From: Candidatus Poribacteria bacterium
GTDB taxonomy: Bacteria > Poribacteria > WGA-4E > WGA-3G
Direction: 5' to 3'
Length of the DNA: 64,000 bases
Assembly (NCBI GenBank): GCA_964291315.2
Contig: OZ219753.1
Span: 1,472,001-1,536,000, forward strand
Shown here: piece by piece, positions 1-10,073 of the stretch
Numbering within the stretch: position 1 is the first letter of the stretch
Layout of the letters: every line of letters begins with the position of its first letter
The notes under the pieces: model-generated
Seen by the model: the letters and a program-made list of their open reading frames with translations, nothing else
What the model was told of the DNA's origin: nothing
The model's database searches: none
Made by a program: the position numbers and the translations under genes

Positions 1-403
1 GGAGTCTTTCATACATAAATTGGAGGTAGTTGTCATTTGCCCAGATGTCGGTGTATTGTGTCTGCTCAATAACAGTGTGGCCTTCACCTTCTAAGTTCCT
101 CTGTCCGCCGCGTAGTTTCACCCTTCGCACGTAATCCGCGCCACTGTCAAATGGAGGGTCGATATAAATAAGGTCTATCTTCCCACGGAAACCCTGCACA
201 AGAAGTGTGGAGAGGATCTCCTTGTTATCTCCGTGAAAAATCAGGTTGGGGCCTTCCAAAAATTTATCGTAAGTCGGCTCTTTCTCTGGATTTTCAACGT
301 TATAGGTTTCTATGAGTTGTGCGGGATAGGCGTTGACTGTGTCGATAGGGCGTTTGCCGACCCAGTGCAGCATCGCTCTCCCTTTAACAGGGTTAATTTT
401 CAT
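1..403 (-). CDS. mod: Type III R-M adenine methyltransferase (Mod), N-terminal part; runs off the window edge
   Basis: Not in the ORF track; translated by hand: ATG at 403 after AAGGAG, MKINPVKGRAMLHWVGKRP...NLIFHGDNKEIL...KIDLIYIDPPFDSGADY...QYTDIWANDNYLQFMYERL. DPPF catalytic motif; directly downstream of res. Confidence 0.88.
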   Translation of the reverse strand, partial: MKINPVKGRAMLHWVGKRPIDTVNAYPAQLIETYNVENPEKEPTYDKFLEGPNLIFHGDNKEILSTLLVQGFRGKIDLIYIDPPFDSGADYVRRVKLRGGQRNLEGEGHTVIEQTQYTDIWANDNYLQFMYERL

Positions 404-505
404 GGCGAGTACTCCTTGAAACTACACCGACCCTGATAACCCGGACGCTTAATGCGATATAGTCTCTTAGAAATGAGACAGGAAATCTCGGTTAAGTGAG
501 CATTC

Positions 506-3169
506 CTACGAGACTTTTACGTTCGTGTTATCATCACGAATCCATGCCAAGACTTTTTGGACGTCCGGGACATTCTCCTTCATGAATTCTGTATCCGTAT
601 AGATGATATGGTATTTGAAACGCTCATTAGATTGCAGCTGCCCTAAGCGTTCTACTGCCTTCTTTTTTGCTTCTACGCTTGGGTTCATGCGGTCCCTCTC
701 AGACTTTATTTCCACGATATAGAATTCGCCGGTGCTTTTGACAATCACAAAATCCGGAAAATAGCGATGATAATTACCGTCATCACCTTTGTATTCAAAG
801 TGGAAATCGGTTTTTTTAGCGTCTGTCAAGCCCCCAGTAAATAGGAATATCTCTACATCTTCTATTGCGGTATTTAGTGATGCCAAGACAGTCTCAAAAA
901 ACTCTCGCTCGGGTTTGGTATCGAAGTTGTAAGGTGTATAGTGAAAACTAAGATTGCGTTGATCAAGCAAGACATCCGGATTGAACAGCAGCCTGTCGGT
1001 TCTCATCCGTTCGAGGTTTCTCTTTTGGATACGTAATCGGTGGATGTAGTCCCCGCGGTCATTTTTTTCAAAAAGAGGGCTCCCCTCGTCATCGTGCGTA
1101 TGAATTAGCGCCAGCACTTCAGATACCTCCTCTTCAATCACGCTATAATTTTGTACCTGCCTTTCCACTTGTTGGAACAGTGGATAGAGATGTGTGTTCG
1201 GAACTTCGGCTTCAGGATAGAGCCCTTTGAGTTTTTTGAGGGTCTGCATAAAAGGTAGGTGGTAGTTTGCGCTGATGCGTCTTGCCAACGCGTAGCAATC
1301 CGTTGTCCGGTGGACCGTCTCAACCGTGTCTGACTCGCCGATGCCAGCGAGAGGAGAGGTACCGCCCGTTCGCGTGAAACTCGGGGTCAGTAAGTTGCGA
1401 ATAATCGGGGGCGGTTCTTGCACGTCGGTAGGAATGCTCAACTGGATCTCTGTGGAGGCATCTTCATTCCGTACAACACGAGACACAAACCGAGAAATTT
1501 CTAGTTTCGGCAATGCCGTTTTACGAATACAGACCTCTATTTCTTCAGTTGCGGCGGTATGCCTGCTCAGGCTACCGAGGGTTGTACCGAAGTTTTCTTC
1601 TAATTCTTTATCTAGAATGGATCTGTTCTTTGTGTCCAAAAAGATTTTAGCAGGGAGCTTGTTGCCTTCCACCTGACGCAGACACCGCGTTGAGGCTTGT
1701 AGAACAAAGTTACTACTTGTTGTCTGTTCTTTTATCAAGGCACAGGCAAAGAGACTCGGACAATTCCAGCCCTCCACGCCTTTACCGATAAGCAATAGCA
1801 CACGCTTTTGACTGTCAGGATTGTTAAGTAGGTTGAACTCGTCAATCTCCGATTGACTCGATTTTTGTGTATTGACAAGTATCTGCGCTGGGCTTTCCCC
1901 GATTTTTGCCAGAGCGTTTTCAATATGCAGTTGAGAAGTTTCTAAGTGTTCTTGAGTCTTGAAGTAGAACGCAATTTTTGCTTTTGCACCGTCGGAAAGT
2001 GTTACATCTCCGTAGTGCTCAAAAAATAGGTCTATCACGTTTTGAATAACTTCTTCCTCAGCACCACTTCCAATATGGTAGTGAACTATCCCATGGTGAA
2101 GACTTTTAAGGATATTGTCCTTTATCCCCTCCGCAAGACTATACCATGCAACGACTTCGCGGAGCATCTGCCGCTTATAGTATGGCGTGCCGGTGGTGTT
2201 GATAACAGCAATCACGCCTTTCTTCTCTTTGATGTAGTTAACCGTTTCACGTACCCGTTTGAGTTCCTTGTCCATCCTATTGCCGTAGGTATGGTGTGCC
2301 TCGTCCGAGAAAACCCCCAAATTCGGCAGGCTGGCGATTTTTTGGAGACGGAGGTTCGCCTCTAACGTTGCCTGTTTCTCTTTTTCGGCAAATTCCAATT
2401 CCGTTTGATTCGCGCGTCTCCTCACTTTCGACCGAAGAGCGATTTTCTCGGTGTTTGTGATAATAACGTTGTAGGTGCTACCGGTTTGAACTTGGATTTC
2501 TTTCGCACCTGATTGCGGATAGGTGATTTTAAGGTTGGCGAGAAAGGCACGATGCAGACTAGCAGGCAGAACCTGATCAAACGGGATCTCGCTAATTTCG
2601 CGTAGACTCTCAATAATGGTTGTCCCTGGAGCAAAGACGAGGGCATTCCTCATAAATTCTCCATCCGGATAGCGCAGACCCATCGCGAATTCGGTCGCAA
2701 TAATTGTGCCGATAAGCACTGTCTTGCCGGTGCCCATGGCGAGCGCAAAAATATAGCTTGGGTAAGGAAGCATTACTGCTTCGTGAACGGGATCAATCCG
2801 CTTTTGCCTGACGAATGCGGGGTCTTTTTTTATTTTTTCAATAACATCATCCACATTTTGGATCCATTGGAGCTCGTTTGGATCCAGTGGAATGCCGAGC
2901 GCTTCAAAGAAATCCCGTTTATCCTCGCCGTAATAGTGTTTGTAGAGATCAACAATGTGTGGCGTTTTTCTCACGAGTCTCAGGAACCAATAGAGTTCCA
3001 GCGATTCGAATTGGGGGTGCCGGAGGTATTTGGGAGAAATTCGCTCTTGCGGCTCGCCCTCAAATTGATAACGTAGTATCTCGCCGATGAGCGGGTAGTC
3101 TGGACAAGGGTATCCTTCGTCGCGCCAGCTTAGTCTGTTTTCGCGGAGTTTTTCAAAAAGGTATTGCAT
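506..3169 (-). CDS. res: Type III restriction enzyme Res subunit (SF2 helicase plus PD-(D/E)xK nuclease)
   Basis: Walker A FALAMGTGKT, DEAHH, GVEGWNCP; C-terminal YFPDFVI...IVEIK nuclease motif; adjacent to the MTase. Confidence 0.88.
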   Translation of the reverse strand: MQYLFEKLRENRLSWRDEGYPCPDYPLIGEILRYQFEGEPQERISPKYLRHPQFESLELYWFLRLVRKTPHIVDLYKHYYGEDKRDFFEALGIPLDPNELQWIQNVDDVIEKIKKDPAFVRQKRIDPVHEAVMLPYPSYIFALAMGTGKTVLIGTIIATEFAMGLRYPDGEFMRNALVFAPGTTIIESLREISEIPFDQVLPASLHRAFLANLKITYPQSGAKEIQVQTGSTYNVIITNTEKIALRSKVRRRANQTELEFAEKEKQATLEANLRLQKIASLPNLGVFSDEAHHTYGNRMDKELKRVRETVNYIKEKKGVIAVINTTGTPYYKRQMLREVVAWYSLAEGIKDNILKSLHHGIVHYHIGSGAEEEVIQNVIDLFFEHYGDVTLSDGAKAKIAFYFKTQEHLETSQLHIENALAKIGESPAQILVNTQKSSQSEIDEFNLLNNPDSQKRVLLLIGKGVEGWNCPSLFACALIKEQTTSSNFVLQASTRCLRQVEGNKLPAKIFLDTKNRSILDKELEENFGTTLGSLSRHTAATEEIEVCIRKTALPKLEISRFVSRVVRNEDASTEIQLSIPTDVQEPPPIIRNLLTPSFTRTGGTSPLAGIGESDTVETVHRTTDCYALARRISANYHLPFMQTLKKLKGLYPEAEVPNTHLYPLFQQVERQVQNYSVIEEEVSEVLALIHTHDDEGSPLFEKNDRGDYIHRLRIQKRNLERMRTDRLLFNPDVLLDQRNLSFHYTPYNFDTKPEREFFETVLASLNTAIEDVEIFLFTGGLTDAKKTDFHFEYKGDDGNYHRYFPDFVIVKSTGEFYIVEIKSERDRMNPSVEAKKKAVERLGQLQSNERFKYHIIYTDTEFMKENVPDVQKVLAWIRDDNTNVKVS

Positions 3170-3500
3170 TAAGCCTGTTTCCTAGTGGCGAATAATTGTT
3201 AAGAACCTAAATCGAAAAGGGTTCGATAAGATTTCTGCGAAATTGTGCGAGATCTTCCGCGCCTCTAGTAGGCAGCATGTCCAAATCCCGACTATCTATA
3301 AGAATAATAGCACTCTTAAGCAAAAGATTCAATAGAAAAGCATCGGGGCACCGGAGCCATTCTGTTATGGTTTTAACGATCTCTCGGAAATTGTTCAGAA
3401 CAGTGAGGCGCGTGAAACCGAAAACTTGGGCGACACGGTCGGCGATGAATCGCACCGCTACAAGTACCCTGAGATTTTCTGCGTCCAATGTCTTATTTTG

Positions 3501-3509
3501 TGGTATACT
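3501..3509 (+). promoter_or_regulatory. Putative extended -10 promoter
   Basis: TGgTATACT about 55 bp upstream of the GGAGG/ATG of the 3565 gene. Confidence 0.5.
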
Positions 3510-3564
3510 ATTTGCAGAGACGAAAAGCATTCGGCTGTTTGCGGTTTAATTTAGAGGAGGTTAT

Positions 3565-4539
3565 ATGAGCACACCCTCAGAAAGAAAGTGGGATGGATCA
3601 ATTGTCCGGTATCCTGATCCGGCCATAGAAGTATTAGATCCTCGTTTTAAAAAATATACAATCGGTAATTCCGTTGTCGAACGCTTGTGGACAGGATCGC
3701 GGTGGGCAGAGGGGCCTGCCTGGTTCGGCGATGGCGGCTATTTGCTCTGGAGCGACATTCCTAACAATCGGATTCTAAAATGGGAGGAGTCGACAGGCGA
3801 GGTGAGCATCTATCGCGAACCCTCTAACTATAGCAATGGACATACCCGAGATCGACAGGGAAGACTTATCAGTTGTGAACACGGGACCCGGCGCGTCACA
3901 CGCACTGAATATGACGGAACAATTACTGTGGTGATGGACAGCTTTGAAGGTAAACGACTTAATGCCCCTAACGATGTGGCCGTTCATCCGGACGGACATA
4001 TCTGGTTTACTGATCCAGGCTACGGCATTATGCTCAACTATGAAGGACAAGTTGCCGAATTTGAATTGCCCACCTGCGTTTATCGACTCAACCCAGATAC
4101 CGGGAAGGCAACCATCGTCACCGACGAACTCGAAAAACCGAACGGTATCTGCTTTTCGCCTGACTATGAGAAACTTTATCTCGTTGATACCGGCGCAACG
4201 CACAAAGACGGAACGCCGCGCCACCTCTTTGTCTACGACGTAATAGACGGTGAACGGTTAGGCAAACAAGAGGTTTTTTGTGATACCGCCCCCGGTATTG
4301 CTGATGGAATTCGATGCGATGTTGACGGGAACTTGTGGGCAAGCGCGGGGTGGGCTGGCGACGGCTACGATGGTGTACACGTCTTTGCACGCGATGGAAT
4401 ACGAATCGGGCAGATCCATCTTCCTGAAATTTGCGCGAATCTCTGCTTCGGCGGTGTGAAACGGAATAGACTGTTTATGATGGGGAGTCAGTCTCTCTAC
4501 TCGGTTTATGTAGAGGCACAAGGGGTTCCCTATTTTTAG
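3565..4539 (+). CDS. SMP-30/gluconolactonase family protein
   Basis: WAEGPAW, LLWSDIPNNRI, APND, PNGICFSPD, ADGIRCDVDGNLW; RBS GGAGG. Confidence 0.92.
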   Translation: MSTPSERKWDGSIVRYPDPAIEVLDPRFKKYTIGNSVVERLWTGSRWAEGPAWFGDGGYLLWSDIPNNRILKWEESTGEVSIYREPSNYSNGHTRDRQGRLISCEHGTRRVTRTEYDGTITVVMDSFEGKRLNAPNDVAVHPDGHIWFTDPGYGIMLNYEGQVAEFELPTCVYRLNPDTGKATIVTDELEKPNGICFSPDYEKLYLVDTGATHKDGTPRHLFVYDVIDGERLGKQEVFCDTAPGIADGIRCDVDGNLWASAGWAGDGYDGVHVFARDGIRIGQIHLPEICANLCFGGVKRNRLFMMGSQSLYSVYVEAQGVPYF

Positions 4540-4550
4540 CTACATAAATA

Positions 4551-5363
4551 ATGGATACCTTAGAACATATAAACTGCCCTATTTGTGAACAAGATAAGAC
4601 GGAGCCGCTTTTTGATAAAGATTCTCTGTCCGTGGTTACGTGCCAGAAGTGTCAGCTACGATATGTCAACCCGCGGGTCAAACAACGAGTGCTTGAGAAG
4701 AGTTACATTGAGACCTACTATCCGCCCGATAAAATGGAACGTATCCATACAGACAGCATGGAATGGTTGCAGATGATGGAGCGGCTCATGGAATTGGAGA
4801 AACGATGTAAAAACAACGGAAAATTGTTGGATGTCGGCTGCGGCATCGGCACCTTCCTCCACCTCGCACGCCGGCGCGGTTGGCAACCGTATGGCGTTGA
4901 CCCGTCTAAGAGTGGTGTCACTTTCGCGCAAAAGATACATAAATTGGATGTGAAATGTGGAGAGGTTTTTGACGCGAATTTTCCAACCGCACATTTCGAC
5001 GCAATTACGCTTTACCATGTGTTAGAACACATCTCGGACTTAAATCTGCTGCTTGACGAGTTACGCCGGGTTCTCAAGCCACAGACAGGCGTGCTTGTCA
5101 TTGAAGTACCGAACGGTGGAAGTCTCCAAAGTTATCTCCAGAAAGCAGATTGGCCCTACGTTCATCCGCGTGACCATCTCTACTATTTCTCAGCACGTTC
5201 CTTGCCGCAGTTGCTGCAAAAACACCGTTTTCACCGCATTAGATTAGGCATACCAAAGCGCGTGAGCCCAACCCCGGGTCTCCGTTTTAAGATCCGGCAA
5301 GCGGCGACATCCGCCTTAGTCCGACTCCATTTAGGAACAGTGATTCGCGTCTATGCAAGTTAG
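4551..5363 (+). CDS. Class I SAM-dependent methyltransferase with N-terminal CxxC/CxxC motif
   Basis: CPIC...CQKC; LLDVGCGIG; FDAITLYHVLEH; IEVPN; HLYYFS. Confidence 0.88.
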   Translation: MDTLEHINCPICEQDKTEPLFDKDSLSVVTCQKCQLRYVNPRVKQRVLEKSYIETYYPPDKMERIHTDSMEWLQMMERLMELEKRCKNNGKLLDVGCGIGTFLHLARRRGWQPYGVDPSKSGVTFAQKIHKLDVKCGEVFDANFPTAHFDAITLYHVLEHISDLNLLLDELRRVLKPQTGVLVIEVPNGGSLQSYLQKADWPYVHPRDHLYYFSARSLPQLLQKHRFHRIRLGIPKRVSPTPGLRFKIRQAATSALVRLHLGTVIRVYAS

Positions 5364-5366
5364 TAG

Positions 5367-5840
5367 CTATCCCTTAGTCTCTGGTTCTTGGTAAGAGAAC
5401 GTTTGGATGACATCGTTCATCAGAAGCCGGCGCGCAATCGTTTCAAGTAATTCAGCGTTCAGGTTACCCGTGAGCCAATACTTATGTCCAGTATGCACCC
5501 GTGTGACCCCGATAATGCCCAAGTCTGTGATGCCTTTGACGGCACTATCGCCCACGGCATCGGTGACACCGGGCTTGAATCGCACTTCAAGCGTCCAATC
5601 CGTTGTAGAGCCGTTTTGAGGTGTGATAGTATAATCTTGTGTAATCGGATCAGCGAGGAGTTCAGCACCAATTCGGTCGATCACTTGCGCATCCAGGGTG
5701 CCTTCAATCCAGTAAACTGTGGCTGTTTGCACAGAATCAACACTGCGAATACCGAGATCGGTTATAGCTTCAAGGATGCCTTGTCCGATGGCATCCGGAA
5801 CTTCAGGTTTGTAGTAGACTTCAACTTTCCAATTATTCAT
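5367..5840 (-). CDS. purS: FGAM synthase PurS subunit, two PurS domains in tandem
   Basis: Start reassigned to MNNWKVEV (5840). Two copies of VEV..KP.V.DA.G......I.DLG ... LL.D/N...Q.Y/F. Confidence 0.8.
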   Translation of the reverse strand: MNNWKVEVYYKPEVPDAIGQGILEAITDLGIRSVDSVQTATVYWIEGTLDAQVIDRIGAELLADPITQDYTITPQNGSTTDWTLEVRFKPGVTDAVGDSAVKGITDLGIIGVTRVHTGHKYWLTGNLNAELLETIARRLLMNDVIQTFSYQEPETKG

Positions 5841-5959
5841 AGGACGTGTTTTACCGGTATTGCTTCCATGCATCCGCGGGAAGCGAAATTTCCATATGCC
5901 GACTTCCATGCCACTCCGGTGGTTTAGAAACGCATGAACTGTTCGTAGGGAAACGTGAA

Positions 5960-6784
5960 ATGTCAAAAAAACAGATAAATGTTTTGGTTTTCGGGGCCCA
6001 TCCCGACGATTGTGATATTAAAGCTGGCGGTGTCGCTGCACTGTATATGCAACAAGGGCATCGTGTTAAATTTGTTTCAGTTACAAACGGCGATGCTGGA
6101 CACCACGAAATGGGCGGCGCTCCCTTAGCACAACGCCGACACGCGGAAGCACAAGCCGCAGCCGAAGTTGTCGGCATCGAATATGAGTTGTTGGACAATC
6201 ACGACGGCGAACTAATGCCAACGTTAGAAAACCGTTATAAAATTATCCGCACGATTCGTGAATTCGGCCCGGATCTAATTATGACACATCGACCGAACGA
6301 TTACCATCCGGATCACCGGTACACCTCAACGTTGGTGCAGGATGCAGCATATATGGTTACCGTTCCGAATGTCTGTGCACTTACACCGCATCTGGAGAAA
6401 AACCCTGTTATTGCCTATCTTAGCGACGGTTTCATGAAGCCATATCCATTCACACCGGATGTTGTTGTTGGTATTGATACTGTTATTGAGCAGAAAATTG
6501 ATATGCTTCACTGCCATGTATCGCAGTTCTACGAGTGGCTTCCATACAATAGTGGAACGCTGAACAGTGTTCCTGCTGCTGATTCGGCACGCCGAGCATG
6601 GCTCGCCGAAGGACGTTTAAGGCGTTTTCGCGACCTAGCCGACCAATACCGAGATTTGCTAATAGCACGTTATGGTGAAGAGTCAGGCTTGCAAATTGAA
6701 TATGCTGAGGCGTTTGAAGGGTCTGAATACGGCTCACCACTGACTGCAGAAAATACCCTTGCCCTCTTTCCATTTTTCCAATAA
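5960..6784 (+). CDS. PIG-L/LmbE family deacetylase
   Basis: GAHPDD and YHPDH metal motifs; start at MSKKQINV. Confidence 0.9.
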   Translation: MSKKQINVLVFGAHPDDCDIKAGGVAALYMQQGHRVKFVSVTNGDAGHHEMGGAPLAQRRHAEAQAAAEVVGIEYELLDNHDGELMPTLENRYKIIRTIREFGPDLIMTHRPNDYHPDHRYTSTLVQDAAYMVTVPNVCALTPHLEKNPVIAYLSDGFMKPYPFTPDVVVGIDTVIEQKIDMLHCHVSQFYEWLPYNSGTLNSVPAADSARRAWLAEGRLRRFRDLADQYRDLLIARYGEESGLQIEYAEAFEGSEYGSPLTAENTLALFPFFQ

Positions 6785-6803
6785 GGAGTTTTGTTTTAGC
6801 CAC

Positions 6804-7064
6804 ATGCCAACAGAACAAGCCAGTGCAAGGACGCTTATGATTATCGTTAGCGTTATCGGTCTGATTTTTGCGATTGTAATGGTTATTCTCTTTTTCAATG
6901 CCGCACCCGCCCGTTCTAATATTGAGGTACATCGGACTTCGGCGGAAGACGCTGAATGTCTGAAGTGTCATCTCAGAGGCGATGAAACATCACCGACGAT
7001 GCCGCATCTAAATCTTGGCAAATGCGATCTGTGCCACGGACTCTCGAAAGAGGAGCCGCGTTAG
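6804..7064 (+). CDS. Small membrane-anchored diheme c-type cytochrome
   Basis: One TM segment followed by CLKCH and CDLCH; AAGGAG upstream. Confidence 0.7.
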   Translation: MPTEQASARTLMIIVSVIGLIFAIVMVILFFNAAPARSNIEVHRTSAEDAECLKCHLRGDETSPTMPHLNLGKCDLCHGLSKEEPR

Positions 7065-7067
7065 ACA

Positions 7068-7976
7068 TTAGACGTGATGCCGATGTGCAGGCGCAGATTG
7101 CAGAACCGCTTTGATGCCTACCCAAGTGATACTGTTTTCTGTTTCCTGTACAACCTCAAGACATCGAAATTGATTCGCGTCCAAAATAGATTCAACTTTT
7201 GCAAGTTCTGTATCCAGTATCCCAGAGAAGATAACACATCCGGCGTGGTACAGCCGTGAAGCACAGGTTGGAATAATCGGGAGAATCACCTCGGTTAAAA
7301 TATTTCCGATAATGAGGTCGTATTTCCGCTCCACGCCCTTGAGCCCATCGCAGCGAAATAAGTGGACTCGCTGTGTAACACCGTTAGTTTCAAAATTCGC
7401 CGCTGCCACGGGAATAGCTGTTGGGTCGAGTTCAATCGCATCAACCTGTTTTGCTCCCAATTTCACAGCAGCAATGCTTAATATACCAGAGCCCGTTCCT
7501 ATGTCGGCGACAGAGGCGTGTGTTTCAATCGAGCCCTCTAATAGCTCGAGAGACAGGCGAGTAGTCGGATGCTGGCCGGTTCCAAATGCCATGCCGGGGT
7601 CAAGTTGAATTACAGCGTCCGTTTTGTTTTGAGGTACATTGCCCCACGTTGGTGTGATGAGGATCCGTTTTCCGACCCGCCGCGGTAAAAAAGATGCTCT
7701 CCATGCTTCTTCCCAATTCTCGGATTTGATGGTAGTTAAATCGACAATGGCGGGGGATGCCTGGATCCCCCAACCCGGAAGTTCCGAAAGGAGATCGTGG
7801 ATCCTTTCCATCCGTTTATCGGCCTGGTCATCTAACGGATAATAGGCGATGATTTTGACAGTAGAAGGGTCGCTCTCTTGGAGTTCAACGCCTGTCGCAT
7901 TCAATTCAAAGAGACAACTGGCCACTGCCTCAGATGCCTCTGTGGAGGTAGTTACCGTGATTTTTTCCCAATTCAT
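7068..7976 (-). CDS. prmA: Ribosomal protein L11 methyltransferase
   Basis: LDPGMAFGTGQHPTT, DIGTGSGILSI; follows dnaJ. Confidence 0.93.
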   Translation of the reverse strand: MNWEKITVTTSTEASEAVASCLFELNATGVELQESDPSTVKIIAYYPLDDQADKRMERIHDLLSELPGWGIQASPAIVDLTTIKSENWEEAWRASFLPRRVGKRILITPTWGNVPQNKTDAVIQLDPGMAFGTGQHPTTRLSLELLEGSIETHASVADIGTGSGILSIAAVKLGAKQVDAIELDPTAIPVAAANFETNGVTQRVHLFRCDGLKGVERKYDLIIGNILTEVILPIIPTCASRLYHAGCVIFSGILDTELAKVESILDANQFRCLEVVQETENSITWVGIKAVLQSAPAHRHHV

Positions 7977-8030
7977 TTCACTGCTCGTAAACATCTCGTA
8001 CACTGTCCGAGAACGGATTATTTATGCGAC

Positions 8031-9146
8031 TTATTCGTCAGTATCGTGGCGGCCGAGCAACTTGTCAAAAAAACCACCATTTTTGCTGTGATGAGGTTCC
8101 CCACGCAGTTTTGCGAATTCTTCTAACTTTTCACGTTCAGCTGCATTTAGGTTCTTTGGTGTTTCGATTTCTATGGAGACAATCAGATCCCCCCTATGGG
8201 TACGTCTGTAATGCGGAACGCCTTTGTTGGGAATCCGGAGTTGGGCACCGTACTGCGTGCCGGGGGGGATTTCTAACACTTCGGACCCATCAATCGCATC
8301 GACTTTGATCTTCCCTCCGAGTGCTGCTTGAATAAACGAAATTCTGGCGGATGTAAAGAGGTCGTCTTGATCGCGTTGGAAACGTTTATGCGGCGTAACA
8401 TTAATCACGACAAACAGGTCCCCGGGGGGCGCACCGTTCGCCCCAGCTTCACCTTCGCTATGCAACTGGTACTTGAAACCGGTATCTACGCCTTTTTCAA
8501 TATTGAGTTTGATATCGGTTGTATTTTGGACAAGACCTCTTCCGTTACAAGGTGGGCATGGATCTTGTACGACTTCTCCTTTGCCTTGACAATTAGGGCA
8601 GGTTCGAGATATTGAAAACAGGCCTTGGGATTGGCTGATCTGGCCTCTGCCATAGCATTGCGGGCATGTTACAGGGCTTGTTCCCTCTTTAGCACCACTA
8701 CCGGTGCACGACGGGCAAGATTCGATGCGCGGTACCTGAATTGTGACCTGCTTGCCGTGGATAACGTCCTCAAGTGAGACCTTAAGATCGTATTGTAAGT
8801 CTCGCCCGCGTTTAGGCGTTCGCCGGGTCGCCCCGAATCCACCGAGCAGGTCTCCAAAAATGTCTCCAAAAACTTCGTCAAAGTTCACCCCAAAGCCTCC
8901 GAGATCGCTGCCTCTGCCTTCCAATCCGGCGTGTCCAAATCTATCATAAAGTTGCCGTTTTTCAGGCGTACAGAGAACCTCGTAAGCTTCTGTCGCTTCT
9001 TTGAATTTGTTTTCGGCTTCCATATCTCCAGGATTTTTATCTGGATGAAATTTAATGGCGAGTTTGCGATAAGCCTTCTTTATCTCATCTTCATCAGCTT
9101 CACGTGTCACGTTCAGTATCTCATAATAATCGCGTTTTTGAGTCAT
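8031..9146 (-). CDS. dnaJ: Chaperone DnaJ
   Basis: J domain with HPD, G/F region, four CxxCxGxG repeats. Confidence 0.97.
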   Translation of the reverse strand: MTQKRDYYEILNVTREADEDEIKKAYRKLAIKFHPDKNPGDMEAENKFKEATEAYEVLCTPEKRQLYDRFGHAGLEGRGSDLGGFGVNFDEVFGDIFGDLLGGFGATRRTPKRGRDLQYDLKVSLEDVIHGKQVTIQVPRIESCPSCTGSGAKEGTSPVTCPQCYGRGQISQSQGLFSISRTCPNCQGKGEVVQDPCPPCNGRGLVQNTTDIKLNIEKGVDTGFKYQLHSEGEAGANGAPPGDLFVVINVTPHKRFQRDQDDLFTSARISFIQAALGGKIKVDAIDGSEVLEIPPGTQYGAQLRIPNKGVPHYRRTHRGDLIVSIEIETPKNLNAAEREKLEEFAKLRGEPHHSKNGGFFDKLLGRHDTDE

Positions 9147-9166
9147 CGGTCCTACCTTCCTATTGA

Positions 9167-10003
9167 CTACTCACCGGCATCAGCGTCACTGTTGTTTGTG
9201 CGTTCATCGACTTTTTCTGGGTCTGGCGGTCCCTGCGAAACGACTACTTGTGAGGCACGTAGAATGCGGGTGTGCAACATATACCCGCGTCGGAACTCTT
9301 CAATTACTTTACCCTCTGCGACGGCATCTGAGGGAACAGCCATCAGTGCCTCATGCCGATACGGATCAAACGATTTACCAGCAGCCTCAATCGGGGTGAG
9401 TCCGTGGTTTTTGAGCGAATCGAGCAGCTGCTTGTGAACCAATTGTACACCTTCCTTGAAGGTAGCAAGCTCCGATTGAGTATCGCTGCTTTCTACTTTT
9501 CCGTTGATACTTTGCATTGCGGCTTCGAGACTATCAAGCACCGGCACCATTCCTTCCAAAATTTCTTCGTTAGCGAATTTAAGCTTTCGCTGATAATCAG
9601 TTTCCATGCGTTTTTTGGTGTTTTCAGCCTCAGCAGCTGTCCGGAGCAGAAGGTCACGTTCAGCTTTATATTCGTCGTGAACGTGTTGCACAGCGGTCTC
9701 CACCTCTTTTTCTAGCTCTATACGAAACAGTTCCTCCCGTTCAACTTCATATTGATTGTGCACATGTTCAACGATCTCCACCACTTCTTCCGTGACTTTT
9801 GAGTTGAGATTAGTGGACATTTCTTCAACAGGCTTGATGTGTGACTCTATCTCCTTTTTTACCTCCGATTTGATCGTGTCAAGTGCTGTCTCTGCGATTT
9901 CACGTAGACGTATGATGAATGTTTTTTCTTCACACTCGTCAGAATCGTTGTCTGGAGTGGATTCTATTTCTGCCTGTATTTGTACCTCTTTAGTGTCAGC
10001 CAT
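9167..10003 (-). CDS. grpE: Nucleotide exchange factor GrpE with a long N-terminal extension
   Basis: [40 protein letters not shown]. Confidence 0.92.
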   Translation of the reverse strand: MADTKEVQIQAEIESTPDNDSDECEEKTFIIRLREIAETALDTIKSEVKKEIESHIKPVEEMSTNLNSKVTEEVVEIVEHVHNQYEVEREELFRIELEKEVETAVQHVHDEYKAERDLLLRTAAEAENTKKRMETDYQRKLKFANEEILEGMVPVLDSLEAAMQSINGKVESSDTQSELATFKEGVQLVHKQLLDSLKNHGLTPIEAAGKSFDPYRHEALMAVPSDAVAEGKVIEEFRRGYMLHTRILRASQVVVSQGPPDPEKVDERTNNSDADAGE

Positions 10004-10073
10004 AATCAAGTCCTTTTTATTTTAGTCTGTTTGTTTCTGTCGATTACAAATCCAATTTCTAGCGATATTTCGC

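Noticed and set aside
3207-3549. Overlapping ORFs of 107 aa (-) and 90 aa (+) upstream of res, as a possible controller protein
   Set aside because: No HTH or other recognisable motif and no clear RBS; the region is better explained as divergent promoter space.
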